DNA of 64,000 bases, taken from an uncultured Acidobacteriota bacterium. GTDB lineage: Bacteria > Acidobacteriota > Terriglobia > Terriglobales > Acidobacteriaceae. The notes under the pieces were generated by a model, which did no database searches, had not been told where the DNA came from, and worked only from the letters and a program-made list of their open reading frames with translations. The stretch's first letter is position 1. Every line of letters begins with the position of its first letter. A program made the position numbers and the translations under genes. The stretch covers positions 15,899 to 79,898 of the forward strand of contig CAWGYX010000009.1 of NCBI GenBank assembly GCA_963826925.1. Reading direction: 5' to 3'. Shown piece by piece: positions 9,304 to 19,459 of this stretch.

Positions 9304-10270
9304 TCATCTCAAGGGTATGCCGACAGCACCGGCGAATCGGCTGCTGAACTCTTTCCAATCATTTCCCTCGCGGGCAAGAACTTGCGCGACATCAAACCAG
9401 GAGTTCGTCGTCGGCGACTCCTGCTGGAGCATGGTTGGATCAACCCCAGCCAGAGAGATAATCGTCCAATAGTCCCGGAAGTCCTGTCTTCTTGGCCTTT
9501 CTGTGCGACTTCTCAGCTTCCCCGGCTCGGTTGTGTGCGTTACTGACATCGGTGCCACCCTTGATCTCGATGGCGAGGATGTTCCTAAGCTTTCCTTCAA
9601 ATTCCTCTTGGATTCGGATGTCGGGGTCGCTGCTCAAGGCGATGATGACTTTCCGCTTCGATGCATTGTGAACCGTGATTTTGGTGTTGTCTTGGCTCAC
9701 GATGAACCCTTTGACGATCTCGACGACCGAGAGAAAGACATCCAGCGTCGCTTGCTTGCCAATCGCGTTATTGTTGCTGCCGTAGAGTTGGGCGCCTAGC
9801 GTTAGGAGCGGTAACTCGGAAACGTCGCGGGCGGTGATCTTCGGTGAGATTTGGCGCACCAACTCGGCAAGATTCTCGGCCATGACGGTGCAGAAGCGTT
9901 CGAGGTCCGGGCGCTTCTTCGGATTTAAAAGGCCACGCGTCTCCATGCTCTTGAACGGCCCCATGCCGGTGCCTTTGCGGTAGAACCGCTTTTGTGAAAT
10001 GCCGAGCAGGAGGCGGTAATAGCCGACCAGGGTGGGCTTTGTCTCCAAGACTGCCGGTACCGGAAAGACGTGTTCATCACGTATGCCGGCCGCCGCAAGA
10101 ATCTTCTGGGCGTCAGCGGGAACGTAGGCGAGAATCTGTTTCTTCGTGATATTCGGGTCAAGCTGGCCCAGCGCTTCGCTCAAAGCATCCATGAGCACGC
10201 TCTTGCGTGCCGCCACGAGCATCTGGTGGAAAACCACCTGCCGTGACGGACTAAGCGGCCCAGCGCTCAC
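9304..10270 (-). CDS. type II restriction endonuclease (PD-(D/E)XK-like); possibly XcyI/Cfr9I-like (unverified)
   Basis: GTG start overlaps the methyltransferase stop (GTGA). Candidate catalytic core: ...DPDIRIQEEF...LAIEIKGGTDVSNAHNRAGEAEKSH. The frame breaks near 9465 and the last ~55 aa are in the ORF 9304..9600 frame. Length is 967 nt (3n+1). AT-richer than the flanks by eye. Confidence 0.65.
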
Positions 10271-11161
10271 CGGATCAAATCCCCGTTAAGGCGATGTTCG
10301 GCTATCTGCAAATAGGAGGGATTAAGTTCGATGCCGACAAAGCGGCGGTTTAGCTTCAGCGCGACAAGGCCGGTGGTTCCCGATCCAATGAACGGGTCGA
10401 GGATCAATTCGCTCGGGCTGGAGCCGAGCTTGATGCAAGGCTCGACCAGCGCTGGCGGGAACGTAGCGAAATGCGCTTCGGGATAAGGCCGCGTGTGGAT
10501 GTCCCAGACGGTTCGTACGTTGCGCCCGTTCGGGCCGCGAACCGCCGCGGCGTCATAACGGTAATGCTCACTCTTGCTGAAGAGAAAAATATATTCGTGG
10601 CAGCGCGTGGGACGGTCTTTCACGCTCTCGGGCTGGCAATTCGGCTTGTTCCAAACGATGTCGGCGCGGAGATACCAGCCTTCCTTCTGCAGGGCGAAGG
10701 CGAGCAGCCAGGGGACTCCGATAAGATCCTTGGGCTTTAAGCCCTCTGGCGTAGGGGGCCGGACGTTCATCGCCCGCACAGGGTTCTTTTTATCGGTGGC
10801 GCGCCAAGTCCGTGCCGCCGGAGGTATAGGAATCGCCGATGTTCAGCCAGAGCGTGCCGTCATCCTTCAGTACGCGGCGCACTTGCGAGAAAACATTGGC
10901 TAAGTGGTTGATGTAGGCGAAAACCGAATCTTCAAGTCCAATCTGTCCGGGAATGCTGTAGTCGCGCAGTGACCAATATGGCGGCGATGTCACGCAGCTT
11001 TGGAAGATGCCCCCTGGCAGCCTGGACAGGACGGTCTCGGTGTCGCCGCAGATCAGCGCGGACGTCCCGGAAGCGCCTTCAAAGAAACGCGAGATGGAGG
11101 GCTGGTCTGTGCGCATCGAAGCGATGCACGCGGCCCTCGTCCGCAAAAAGGTTAGGAACAA
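10267..11161 (-). CDS. beta-class amino-DNA methyltransferase (SPPY motif IV, N4-cytosine type likely)
   Basis: Motif IV is TSPPYWSLRDY (N-terminal) and motif I is LDPFIGSGTTG (C-terminal), which is the beta-class order. It is split near 10790 by one surplus base (GDSYTSGGTD|WRATDKKNPVRAMNVRPPTPEGLKPKDLIGVPW). Length is 895 nt (3n+1). The start may be ATG 11116. Confidence 0.85.
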
Positions 11162-11284
11162 AGGTTAAACCCGAGGAAGCAGCTAAGCCTTCGACCGTCG
11201 ACGGCGGCTTGTTTTGCCTGCTGTGGTAGCACCTTTGTAACGGCTCAGCTCCTAACTGTCTCATCGGGGGAGTTCTCGAATATT

Positions 11285-11479
11285 TTAACGCGGCTCAGGA
11301 CTCCCCGTACCTCTAAAACATTTTCGCACGCTTTTGGTTGGTGGACGCCACCGGAGAACGAGGTCTAAGGTCCAATCAACAGCTACGCGTGTGAATACTG
11401 GGATGCGTTCTCTTGCATCATGCCCGCGGTTGGTTTCCCACAAGTAGATGAAATTTCCATCCGGATCGTCTAGGTCCAC
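11285..11479 (-). pseudogene. remnant of a VOC/glyoxalase-family gene (C-terminal ~20 codons only)
   Basis: GKFVDLDDPDGNFIYLWE is the typical last beta-strand of VOC proteins. No upstream VOC sequence exists between it and the ADH stop (11528), and the rest of the ORF has no family signal. Confidence 0.3.
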
Positions 11480-11527
11480 GAACTTGCCTGCGCCGGTCTT
11501 TCGAGAGCATCGCGCTCATTGAGAGGA

Positions 11528-12814
11528 TCACCAGGCGACCATCGAATCTTCAAACAGCGCACTCAATTCCTCCGGCCCGGCGGCGCGTGGCGAGAGCTTG
11601 GTCACTCGATGCTGAGGTAATGTCCCTTCCACCAGCCTGGGAATGTCCGATGACGTGTAGCCGATCTCGCGCAGTCCGTTGGGTGTCTTCAACCGCTGCA
11701 TAAACCAGGTGATTCGTTCGGACAAAATACGTCCCGCGTCTTCTTTGCGGCAGCGCGATACATCCACGCCCAGCGCCTCGGCAGCCTGCATATGCCGCTC
11801 CGGATTCGATGAAGCTGTAAAACGGAAAACGGCCGGCGCGTTTAATATCACTGAGAACCCATGCGGTACCAGCGGGTGATCGGAAACGTAACCAGGCGCG
11901 CGATAGCTCTTCACATTGCCGGACACCGGGTACGACATTCCGTGCGGCAGATGCACGCCCGCGTTTCCAAATCCCATCCCCGCGTACGCGGACGCCAGCA
12001 GCATGTTGGCGCGCGCTTCATCGTCTGAGGGATCCTCCACGGCCCGAACGATATACTGCGCCACCATTCGCAAAGCCTGCAAAGACCAAACGTCGCTAAT
12101 CGGATTCGACCCTTGATATGCCGGGCGCACCAGCGGCCGTTCCGGGTAGGACCGGCCGGTGTACGGCAACGCGGTGTACGACTCGATCGCGTGACTCAGA
12201 ATATCCAGCCCGCTCGAAGCGGCCACTTGCGGGGGCATGCTGCGCGTGTTTTCCGGATCCAGCAGGCCCAGCGTCGGCTTCAGCCGCCGGTTCGCGATGC
12301 CGGTCTTCGCGTGCATGCGAATCAAATCGAAAATGCTGACGCCCGTGGTCTCGCTGCCCGTTCCGGCCGTGGTCGGAATGGCATATAGCGGCTTCAGCGG
12401 GCCCGGAATTGGGATGCCCTTGCCGATGGGCGGATTCACGTAATCCAGAAAGTCTGATGGCGGATAGGTGACGTACAGGTTCACGGCCTTGGCCGTGTCG
12501 ATCGTCGACCCACCGCCAACGGCGACGTAAGCATCGTACGGCGCGGTGCTCTGCTGGGCGAAAGCGATGGCGTCCAGGAAGGACTCGTCCGTTGGCTCCA
12601 CGCGCACGCGATCGTACAGAACGAAGCTGACGCCTGCGCTCTCCATCGATTCCAGCGCCGTCCGTACGGGCGCCATGTCGGACAGCACGGGGTCCGTGAT
12701 CACCAACACTTTGCGCGCGCCCAAGTCCGCCAGATCCATTCCAACTTCGCGCGTGACGCCGGGCCCGAAGCGGATGCTGGACGCGGCCATTTCGAATGCG
12801 ATTTCGTTTTTCAT
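11528..12814 (-). CDS. iron-containing alcohol dehydrogenase, hydroxyacid-oxoacid transhydrogenase (ADHFE1)-like
   Basis: Intact. Motifs: GGGSTIDTAKA, TTAGTGSETT, and His-rich metal site HAIESY...GVHLPHGMSYP. Start taken at MKNEIAF (ATG 12814). Confidence 0.9.
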   Translation of the reverse strand: MKNEIAFEMAASSIRFGPGVTREVGMDLADLGARKVLVITDPVLSDMAPVRTALESMESAGVSFVLYDRVRVEPTDESFLDAIAFAQQSTAPYDAYVAVGGGSTIDTAKAVNLYVTYPPSDFLDYVNPPIGKGIPIPGPLKPLYAIPTTAGTGSETTGVSIFDLIRMHAKTGIANRRLKPTLGLLDPENTRSMPPQVAASSGLDILSHAIESYTALPYTGRSYPERPLVRPAYQGSNPISDVWSLQALRMVAQYIVRAVEDPSDDEARANMLLASAYAGMGFGNAGVHLPHGMSYPVSGNVKSYRAPGYVSDHPLVPHGFSVILNAPAVFRFTASSNPERHMQAAEALGVDVSRCRKEDAGRILSERITWFMQRLKTPNGLREIGYTSSDIPRLVEGTLPQHRVTKLSPRAAGPEELSALFEDSMVAW

Positions 12815-12857
12815 CCCAAACGTGATGTTACAGCAAACCAAGCGCTGGGCGAAGACT

Positions 12858-14839
12858 CTAGGTGCGAGCCAGGCTGGCGTCTTCCTGCCGGAGAGCCCGT
12901 GCCATCTCCAACAGATTATTCGCAGGCTCAGCGGTATCGAGCATCAGAGACGCGATGGCTGGGCACAGTTCCAGCAATGCCACCAGCTCGTCGGCGGCAA
13001 AAGCATCTCTTTCTCTGCGGTACAGCGCCACTACGCCGACCACCTGTCCAGCGTTCACCAAAGGCAAAGCCAGCGCGGACGATAGCCCGGGGCCCCCTTC
13101 GGTCTTTCGCATATCCAGGCTCGACAGCCGGATTGCCATTGAGGATCGGTTTTCCAACTTCAGCCACCCAGCCCACTAGTCCTTCCCCTTGGCGGACGGC
13201 GAGCGACTCCAACCCGGCTCCATTTTCGCCACCCGCGAACTTCACCCGCACGAAGTCGTCCTCGCAGGCGCAGAGCGCAATGGCGTCGTAGGAGATGATG
13301 CGCCGTATGCGGAGCGATGCCACCGTCAGCGCCTCTTCCCACTGCAAGGAGCACAGGCCCGCGGCCGGCATGTCGGGCATCGACGCTTCGTTCTTGCGGC
13401 GATTGGCGCGGGCTTGCGCCACCGGGTGCTGGGGCGAAGAGCTGGCCACAACGGGCGCTTCGGCTTCAAATCCGGCCGCCGGTGCGCTGCCGTTCGTGAT
13501 CTTGATATCCACCGAAAGCGGCGGCTGGACTGGAGTTTCGGTTGTTCTGGCGCGCGCCTCCAGTTCCCGGTAGCGAGCTTGCAAAGCTCGAACCACATTG
13601 GGATCGAACGCCGTTCCGGCTTCCGAAGCTACTCTGGCCATGGCCTCGTCGAGCGGCAGCGCCCGGCGATACTGGCGGTCCGACGCCAAAGCGTCCAGGC
13701 AATCCACCACGGACAGAATTCGAGCGCCGATCGGGATCTCCTCGCCCCGCAGGCCGTAGGGATAACCGCTGCCATCCCATTTTTCGTGATGCGAGCGAAC
13801 AATCGGAACCACCGGGTAGGGAAATTCGACGCGCTCCAGAATTTCGGCGCCGACCACCGGATGGATCTTCATCTTCTCGAACTCGGAGCGCGTCAGTTTG
13901 CCCGGTTTGGAGATGATGCGATTCCGGGCACCGCCAGCTTTCCGATGTCGTGCAGAACCGCTGCCGCCGTCAAAGCATCCAGTTCCTGCTCGGACAGGCC
14001 CAGATCCTTGCCGATCTCGGTGGCATAGAGCTGAACGCGCTGCAGATGATCGTGCGTGGTGTGATCCTTGGCGTCGATGGCCAGCGCCAGCGCTTCGATG
14101 GTTCGCAGGTGCAATCCATTGATGGCCTGCATGTGCGCTCTTTCCTGCTCCATCTGAGCCAGATGAGTCCGGTTGGAACGATGCACCAGGTAGACCAGGG
14201 GTAAACAGATGATTGGAAATTCCCACTGAATGCCGCGCGGAAGCGTGCCGATCACCCACGCCATGGAAGCGCCAACCGCGTAATAGGCCAGCGTCCAGCG
14301 ATAATTGCTCCACACCGCAAAGATTCGTTTGCCTTCGGTGAGTCCAATGATGGTGGCGATGGGAAACGTGTTGGCGCAGAAGTAGGCAAGCGCCAGGAGC
14401 CCCAGACTCACCGGTTCCGGAAAGTGATGGCGCGAGTAATCGAACACCCTGGCTGCGATCACGCACCGCGATGACCAGTACGCTGATGTTGAAAGCAGTC
14501 TGCGGTCAGTTTCGGCCGGGCCGCCGTGCGCCAGGTGCACTGCACTGCCATCGACAGCCCTCCCACCAAAAGCGCTTCGGGCAGGCTCAGGTTCACGATC
14601 GCGACCAGGATGAACAGCGCGCTGACCGAAACCATGCCCCGCACGCCCGGCAGCTGAAGTTTCAGCACGGAGCCGAGCACCGCGGCCAGGGCGAAAGAGA
14701 TCAGGCGCACCGGATCGCTGCAGTGCCAATTCGCTATGCTCCAGAGCAGCGTGGCGGCGCCTAGGCCGATGTACCCGCACAAATAGACTTGGCTGAACAG
14801 AGCGCTGCGCGAATTGGGATTGCGCCTTCGACATCGCAA
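12858..14839 (-). CDS. membrane-anchored HD-GYP phosphodiesterase with C-terminal GAF domain (c-di-GMP signalling)
   Basis: Stitched from ORFs 14459..14839 and 13893..14834 (multi-TM), 12928..14466 (HD-GYP) and 12858..13157 (GAF end). HD-GYP part: HDHLQRVQLYA...AAVLHDIGKLAVP|...HPVVGAEIL...VRSHHEKWDGSGYPYGLRGEEIPIGARIL. GAF-like part: ...YDAIALCACEDD...GEGLVGWVAEVGKPILNGNP.... At least 3 frame breaks. Confidence 0.8.
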
Positions 14840-14855
14840 GCCTCGTTGAGTTGGC

Positions 14856-16582
14856 TTACTCTTCTCCTTGGGTGTCGGTGCCCCAGGAAGCGCTGGTGCC
14901 CCAAGATGCGCTGGTGCCCCAGGACGCGCTGGTTCCCCATGACGCGCTGGTGCCCCACGAGGCGTTCGTGCCCCACGATGCGTTGGTGCCCCATGACGCG
15001 CTGCTGCCCCAAATGGCGTCCGTTCCGCCTGCGCCGGGAACTAACACCACCGGACCCCACACTGCGGAAGTGAACCAGCTCGGTGTGCTCCACCAGGTCT
15101 CGGCCAGATTCGGCACCAGGAAAGCACGTGCCGAGCAGCGAGTTGTAAATCACTTGCGGCGATGCGGCGGAGCCCGTTCGCCTGATCGTAATCGGTCAGC
15201 GCGGCGGCGACGTCCACATAGCCCGCGCCGACGGTGAACATGTCGTAGAAGTCGGTGTAGGTCTGGCCGGTGGTTGGATCCGTAGCGGTGCTCATCACCG
15301 GAAAAGTCTTCGAAGCGGTCTTCATCAGACGCGCTTTGACGGTATCCGGAGTCAGGCTCGGATCCTTCTCGATCATCAGCGCGGCGGCGCCCGAAACCAC
15401 CGGCGTCGCCATGCTGGTGCCGCTCAGACTAAAGTACAGCGGCGTGCCCGAAACGTGGGCGGTGGTATAGCTGGACGCCGGAAGGATGTTCCCGGGATAT
15501 TCGTTCACCAGCGTGGATCCCGGAGCGAGCAGCGAGTCCACCAGATTGCCGGGAGCCACCACGTCGGGCTTCGCGATCAGGTCGACATTCGTCGGGCCGC
15601 GCGAGCTATAGCTGGCGATCCGATCGTCGCTGGTGGTCATGGTGTTTTCGGTCTTCATCGCGCCTACCGTGATGGCGTGCGGAGCTGAGCCGGGCGACAG
15701 GATGGTCGCGTATCCATTGCGGCCTTCATTGCCGGCCGCCACCACCACTACGATGCCGCTCTTCCAAGCCGCTTCCACCGCCTGGCACAGCGGATCCTGA
15801 GAGCAGCTCTCGAAAATCGGACGGCCCAGCGAGAGATTGATCACGCGCACGTTGTACTGGTTCTTGAGCTGAACGGCCTTTTGGATGGCCGCGATCACCA
15901 CGCTGTCGTTGCTCGCGCCGTTCTGATCCAGAACGCGCAGATCGAGAATATTGGCGTTGGGTGCGATGCCCTTGAACGTGCGGAAGGCGCCGGGTTGGTC
16001 GGAAGAACTGCCATTCCCCGCGACGATGCCGGCCACGTGAGTTCCATGGCCGAAATCGTCGTTGAGCTCTCCTCCAATGAAGCTTTGCCGGTAAACCACG
16101 CGGCTGCGTGGACGAATTGGCCGCGTTCAAATCCGGGTGATTGTAGATTCCGCTGTCGATCACCGCGATGCCGATGCCGCTTCCGTCCAGACCGTAGCTC
16201 CAGGCCGATCGGCGCGCCCACCGCGGCCGCCGAATAATCGAGCGATGCGCCCAACTGCCGGTCCAGCGAGATGTAGGCCACGTTCGACTGATTCGACACC
16301 GCTATTACATCGGCCGGATGCAGCGTCGCCGATACGGCTGGAATGAGCGAAAAGACCGTGTTCAGCACCCCGCCGAGCAAGATTCAACACTCCGCCCAGC
16401 AGGCCGCCCAGAAGCCCTCCCGACGATTGCTGCGGCGGCGTGTTGTACTGCACGATCACGTTGATATTGTTCGACGGATTCGCGAGCAACGGTTGCAGGT
16501 CCGGCGAAATCTTGGAATTGTCGGCGAACGCCCGGCCGACAACCAGTAGAAAGAAGGCTAAGAAGTGCGGTTCGCGCGGCAC
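14856..16582 (-). CDS. secreted subtilisin-like serine protease (S8) with C-terminal Trp-Gly hexapeptide repeats
   Basis: Signal MPREPHFLAFFLLVVGRAFA. Catalytic D (MIDSGI), H (HGTHVAGIVAG) and S (SGTSMATPVVSGAAAL). Stitched from ORFs 16160..16582, 15895..16380, 15726..16163, 15041..16099 and 14856..15116. At least 5 frame breaks. Confidence 0.85.
14877..15020 (-). repeat. 8 tandem 18-bp units (coding (S/N)ASWGT hexapeptides)
   Basis: On the + strand the unit GGTGCCCCAnGAnGCGCT repeats head-to-tail from 14877 to 15020. Translated on the minus strand it gives SSASWGTNASWGTNASWGTSASWGTSASWGTSASWGTSASWGT. Confidence 0.9.
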
Positions 16583-16834
16583 GTCTTGAATATTTCAATG
16601 AATAGCCCGGCATGATGGCGACAACAAAGCACGCCGGCCGCCAGAACATAAATGGCTAAGAATGAATCGATTGCATTCTTACCGCAGCTTGTTCCGGGCC
16701 AAATTGTCCCATCCGCCCATGACAACATGGCGCTGATTGGAAGGACCTTAGAACTAGCGCTCGGTGAGTTTGCCGGTCTGCGCCGATCACGTGTGGAACG
16801 TGCGGGAACTTGGGGAAGTGGCTAATCGAGCGCT

Positions 16835-17545
16835 CTATTGGTTGGCATAAACCGGTCGCGGGAGCAGACTGGCAAGCGGCGGATATTTTGGAGTCTTGGA
16901 GAACGCCAGCGAGGCATTGTCGATCCAGGCGTCTCCCTGACCGCGTATCAGCAAACCAAGCTCGATGTCGTGGGCCTCAGGGTCAACCACCCCTGTGACT
17001 TCGTACTTCGCCCATTTTTCGGACGTAACTGGAACCTGCTGGTAGAAGGTGCTCGCCATCGGATCGGGTGAGCCCGCTAAATTTCCAGGGGTGTGTACGC
17101 GGACCATTATGTACACAATCGATGGAGGTGCAACCTCTGCTCGAACGTTGGCGCGAAACAAGAAACTCTTGCCGCGATATGCCATGCCGTTAATTCCCTC
17201 AGCCAGGAAACAGGGCGACGGGAACACGTTCTTGGCCGCGAGCTTCGCGCAATGGCCGCTGGATTTGCAATTCGCGTAATTGGCCCCTTTGGCCTGGGCT
17301 GAGACGGTCATCGCCTGACACCGCGGATTTTCGGTGGGGGTCCAGCGGTGCCAACCCGATGGCCATTGGCCCAGATCCCCTCGAGCAAAGTCGCCGTTTT
17401 CGAGTTGCTCGGCAAGGAACAACGTCGGTCCACTCGGAATGTTCGCTTCCCCCGGCACGACGGAGTGTCTCTGGCGCGCACAAGCTTGAAGGAATACAGC
17501 GGCAACCGTGGCCAATATAAGCAAGCGATCAGGGTTTCGCTTCAT
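16835..17545 (-). CDS. lipoprotein of unknown function (beta-rich)
   Basis: Intact. MKRNPDRLLILATVAAVFLQAC is a lipobox. No recognisable catalytic motif. Confidence 0.6.
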   Translation of the reverse strand: MKRNPDRLLILATVAAVFLQACARQRHSVVPGEANIPSGPTLFLAEQLENGDFARGDLGQWPSGWHRWTPTENPRCQAMTVSAQAKGANYANCKSSGHCAKLAAKNVFPSPCFLAEGINGMAYRGKSFLFRANVRAEVAPPSIVYIMVRVHTPGNLAGSPDPMASTFYQQVPVTSEKWAKYEVTGVVDPEAHDIELGLLIRGQGDAWIDNASLAFSKTPKYPPLASLLPRPVYANQ

Positions 17546-17646
17546 GGCCGGGATGCTACCACGGCAGAATGCCGATGTCCATGCACTACCGCGCAGCGCA
17601 CGACCGCGCAGCAGAGTGTGGCCGAAGATCGGGTACACTAAAAACG

Positions 17647-18064
17647 ATGGCGACTAACGTAAAAGCGCAGGCCGCGGCGCCGCCCGCGCGCGGATGGTAC
17701 GGCGTGGTTTTGCTCGCCTGGCTGGTTCCGGGAGGCGGTCATTTCCTGCTGAAGCGGCCCGGCCGCGGAGCGTTGTTGCTGGCCTCGGTGGCGATCATGT
17801 TTCTGCTGGGCCTGATGATGCGCGGCGACCATGTTCCAGCCGCAGACCGGCGACGTGCTCACCACCATCATCTATTGCGGCGGATTTGTGGGCGATCTGG
17901 CGTCGGGTCTGTTTTATCTGCTGACGGTTTGGCTGGGATACGCGCAGCCCGACATGGCCGGGCATGTGCATGATTATGGAACCAAGTTCCTGGTGGCCGC
18001 CGGCCTGCTGAACGTGCTGGCCATGGTGGACGCGTACGAAATCGCGACAGGCGAAAAAGAATAA
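17647..18064 (+). CDS. small polytopic membrane protein, unknown function
   Basis: MATNVK...GWYGVVLLAWLVPGGGHFLLKRPGRGALLLASVAIMFLLGLMMRG|..MFQPQTGDVLTTIIYCGGFVGDLASGLFYLLTVWLGY...LVAAGLLNVLAMVDAYEIA. Length is 418 nt (3n+1), so one surplus base near 17828. Confidence 0.55.
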
Positions 18065-18073
18065 TGCCCGAAA

Positions 18074-18250
18074 ATGAATCTCTCGCACTTTGAAGCGGCG
18101 ATATTGTTTGCGCTGTTTTCTTCGGTGGTTCTGGGCGTGATCACCAAGCGTACCGACGCGGAACGGCTGCGCTACGGCGTCCGCTGTTTTGCCTATTTTG
18201 TGGCCGCTTTGATCGGCTTAGGCTGGCTCATGAAGCTGGGCCACGGCTAA
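18074..18250 (+). CDS. 58-aa two-TM membrane peptide (below the ORF-track cut-off)
   Basis: ATG 18074 to TAA 18248-18250. MNLSHFEAAILFALFSSVVLGVITKRTDAERLRYGVRCFAYFVAALIGLGWLMKLGHG. It starts 10 nt after the previous gene's stop. Confidence 0.4.
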   Translation: MNLSHFEAAILFALFSSVVLGVITKRTDAERLRYGVRCFAYFVAALIGLGWLMKLGHG

Positions 18251-18287
18251 GCTGCACGCGTCATCCGAGCTCGATCCTCGGGAGCGT

Positions 18288-19253
18288 TTACTTGTCGGGT
18301 TCTTTGGGCGGCTTGCAATCGCCCTTGCAAACGGTCTGGGAAAGCTGGCGCGGCGGCCCCAGCGTTCCCGGATCGGAAACGGTCGGCCTTCGCACGCTAA
18401 GCGTTTGAACCACGGTGTTGCCTGGCCCCGGCGCGCTCTCGATCGTTTGTTGTTCCTCCAACTTTAATCCCGATTCGTTGCCGCTCACGGTGCCCGGAAC
18501 GTTGCGCGAATAGATATCCACCACCGCATCTTTGGAGCCGTCCGGCCGCGTAACGGTTTTGGTCACCGTTTGGCCATGCAGCTGGAGTTCGCCGTTCGGC
18601 GCCTCGCTCGTATTCCGCGCTGTTGTCGGAGATTTCGAACCCTGCACTGTATGCTCGGTGGTCTGGCGCACGGCGGGATAGAACCCGCCGTTTCCGTCGC
18701 GCCGATAGGTGGTGCTTTCGGCCTGGTAGTTGTTGCCTTGTTTGCTGACCACTTCGCTTTGCTTCTCCACGGTCTCAAAGCCGTTCACCGTGGGACGCTG
18801 GACCACGGTCTCCGAAGTTTCACCCGAGCCGTTCTTTTGCGTATCGGTCACCGATTTTTCGGTGATCTGCGTGTTCCCGTTGATGTCGGTGCGTATAGGT
18901 GGTGCTCTGGATGGTGGAACTGCCGTCGGGCCGCTTCTGTTCCTCGATGGTTTGCCGCACCGGGGGCAAGGGGATTGCCCTGCGGATCGTATCTGTCGGA
19001 CGATTCGCTCGGTCACTTTGCCGCGAGAATCGTTCCGCAGCACCCGCTCTTCCACCTGTTCCATGGGAACCGTGCGTCCGTTGATGGACTGCGTGGTCAC
19101 CATGGTTTGGGAGCCGTTCGCCGATTTGGTTTGCGAAATGGTCGGCCCGTCGGCAACCACGTTGCCATTGATGTCCACCGAGGTGGTGCTGCTCACATTG
19201 GATTGCTTGGGCGGTAAGAGACAGCGAGACAGGCGAAGCGTGGCAATAGACAG
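18288..19253 (-). CDS. Thr/Gln/Asn-rich repetitive protein, unknown function (start not resolved)
   Basis: ORF 18288..19415. The garbled middle is restored by three successive +1 corrections (ERIVRQ|YDPQGNPLAP|VRQTIEEQKRPDGSSTIQSTTY|RTDINGNTQ...). Recurrent (T)TY(R)xDxNG(N/G) units. C-terminal CKGDCKPPKEPDK. Confidence 0.4.
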   Translation of the reverse strand: MSIATLRLSRCLLPPKQSNVSSTTSVDINGNVVADGPTISQTKSANGSQTMVTTQSINGRTVPMEQVEERVLRNDSRGKVTERIVRQIRSAGQSPCPRCGKPSRNRSGPTAVPPSRAPPIRTDINGNTQITEKSVTDTQKNGSGETSETVVQRPTVNGFETVEKQSEVVSKQGNNYQAESTTYRRDGNGGFYPAVRQTTEHTVQGSKSPTTARNTSEAPNGELQLHGQTVTKTVTRPDGSKDAVVDIYSRNVPGTVSGNESGLKLEEQQTIESAPGPGNTVVQTLSVRRPTVSDPGTLGPPRQLSQTVCKGDCKPPKEPDK

Positions 19254-19459
19254 CCCTTCACGATTCCAGGCTAGCGTTTTTCGCCTAATTCGACAATGCG
19301 GCGAACGCCTTAGAACGCAAAGGGCGCAGCGCGCTCCGATTGCGCGACGCCTTAGTGGTGCACGCGTGTTCACTCCACTCGTCGGAACACAGGACTTCGC
19401 ACCTGCGAGTACCAATAAGAATCCAGGCCCAAACTGCCGATAAACCTCAGGGAACCTGC

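Noticed and set aside
14761-15237. Multiple overlapping ORFs on both strands at the S8 C-terminus (14761..15153 -, 14789..15073 +, 14851..15237 +).
   Set aside because: They are artefacts of the 18-bp repeat lacking stops in four frames. Only the frame giving ASWGT units is contiguous with the protease.
16655-16680. Palindrome taagaatg-aatcgattg-cattctta between the lipoprotein and S8 genes as a rho-independent terminator.
   Set aside because: The stem is only 8 bp and AT-rich, and no U-tract follows on the transcribed (minus) strand. It is not distinguishable from chance.
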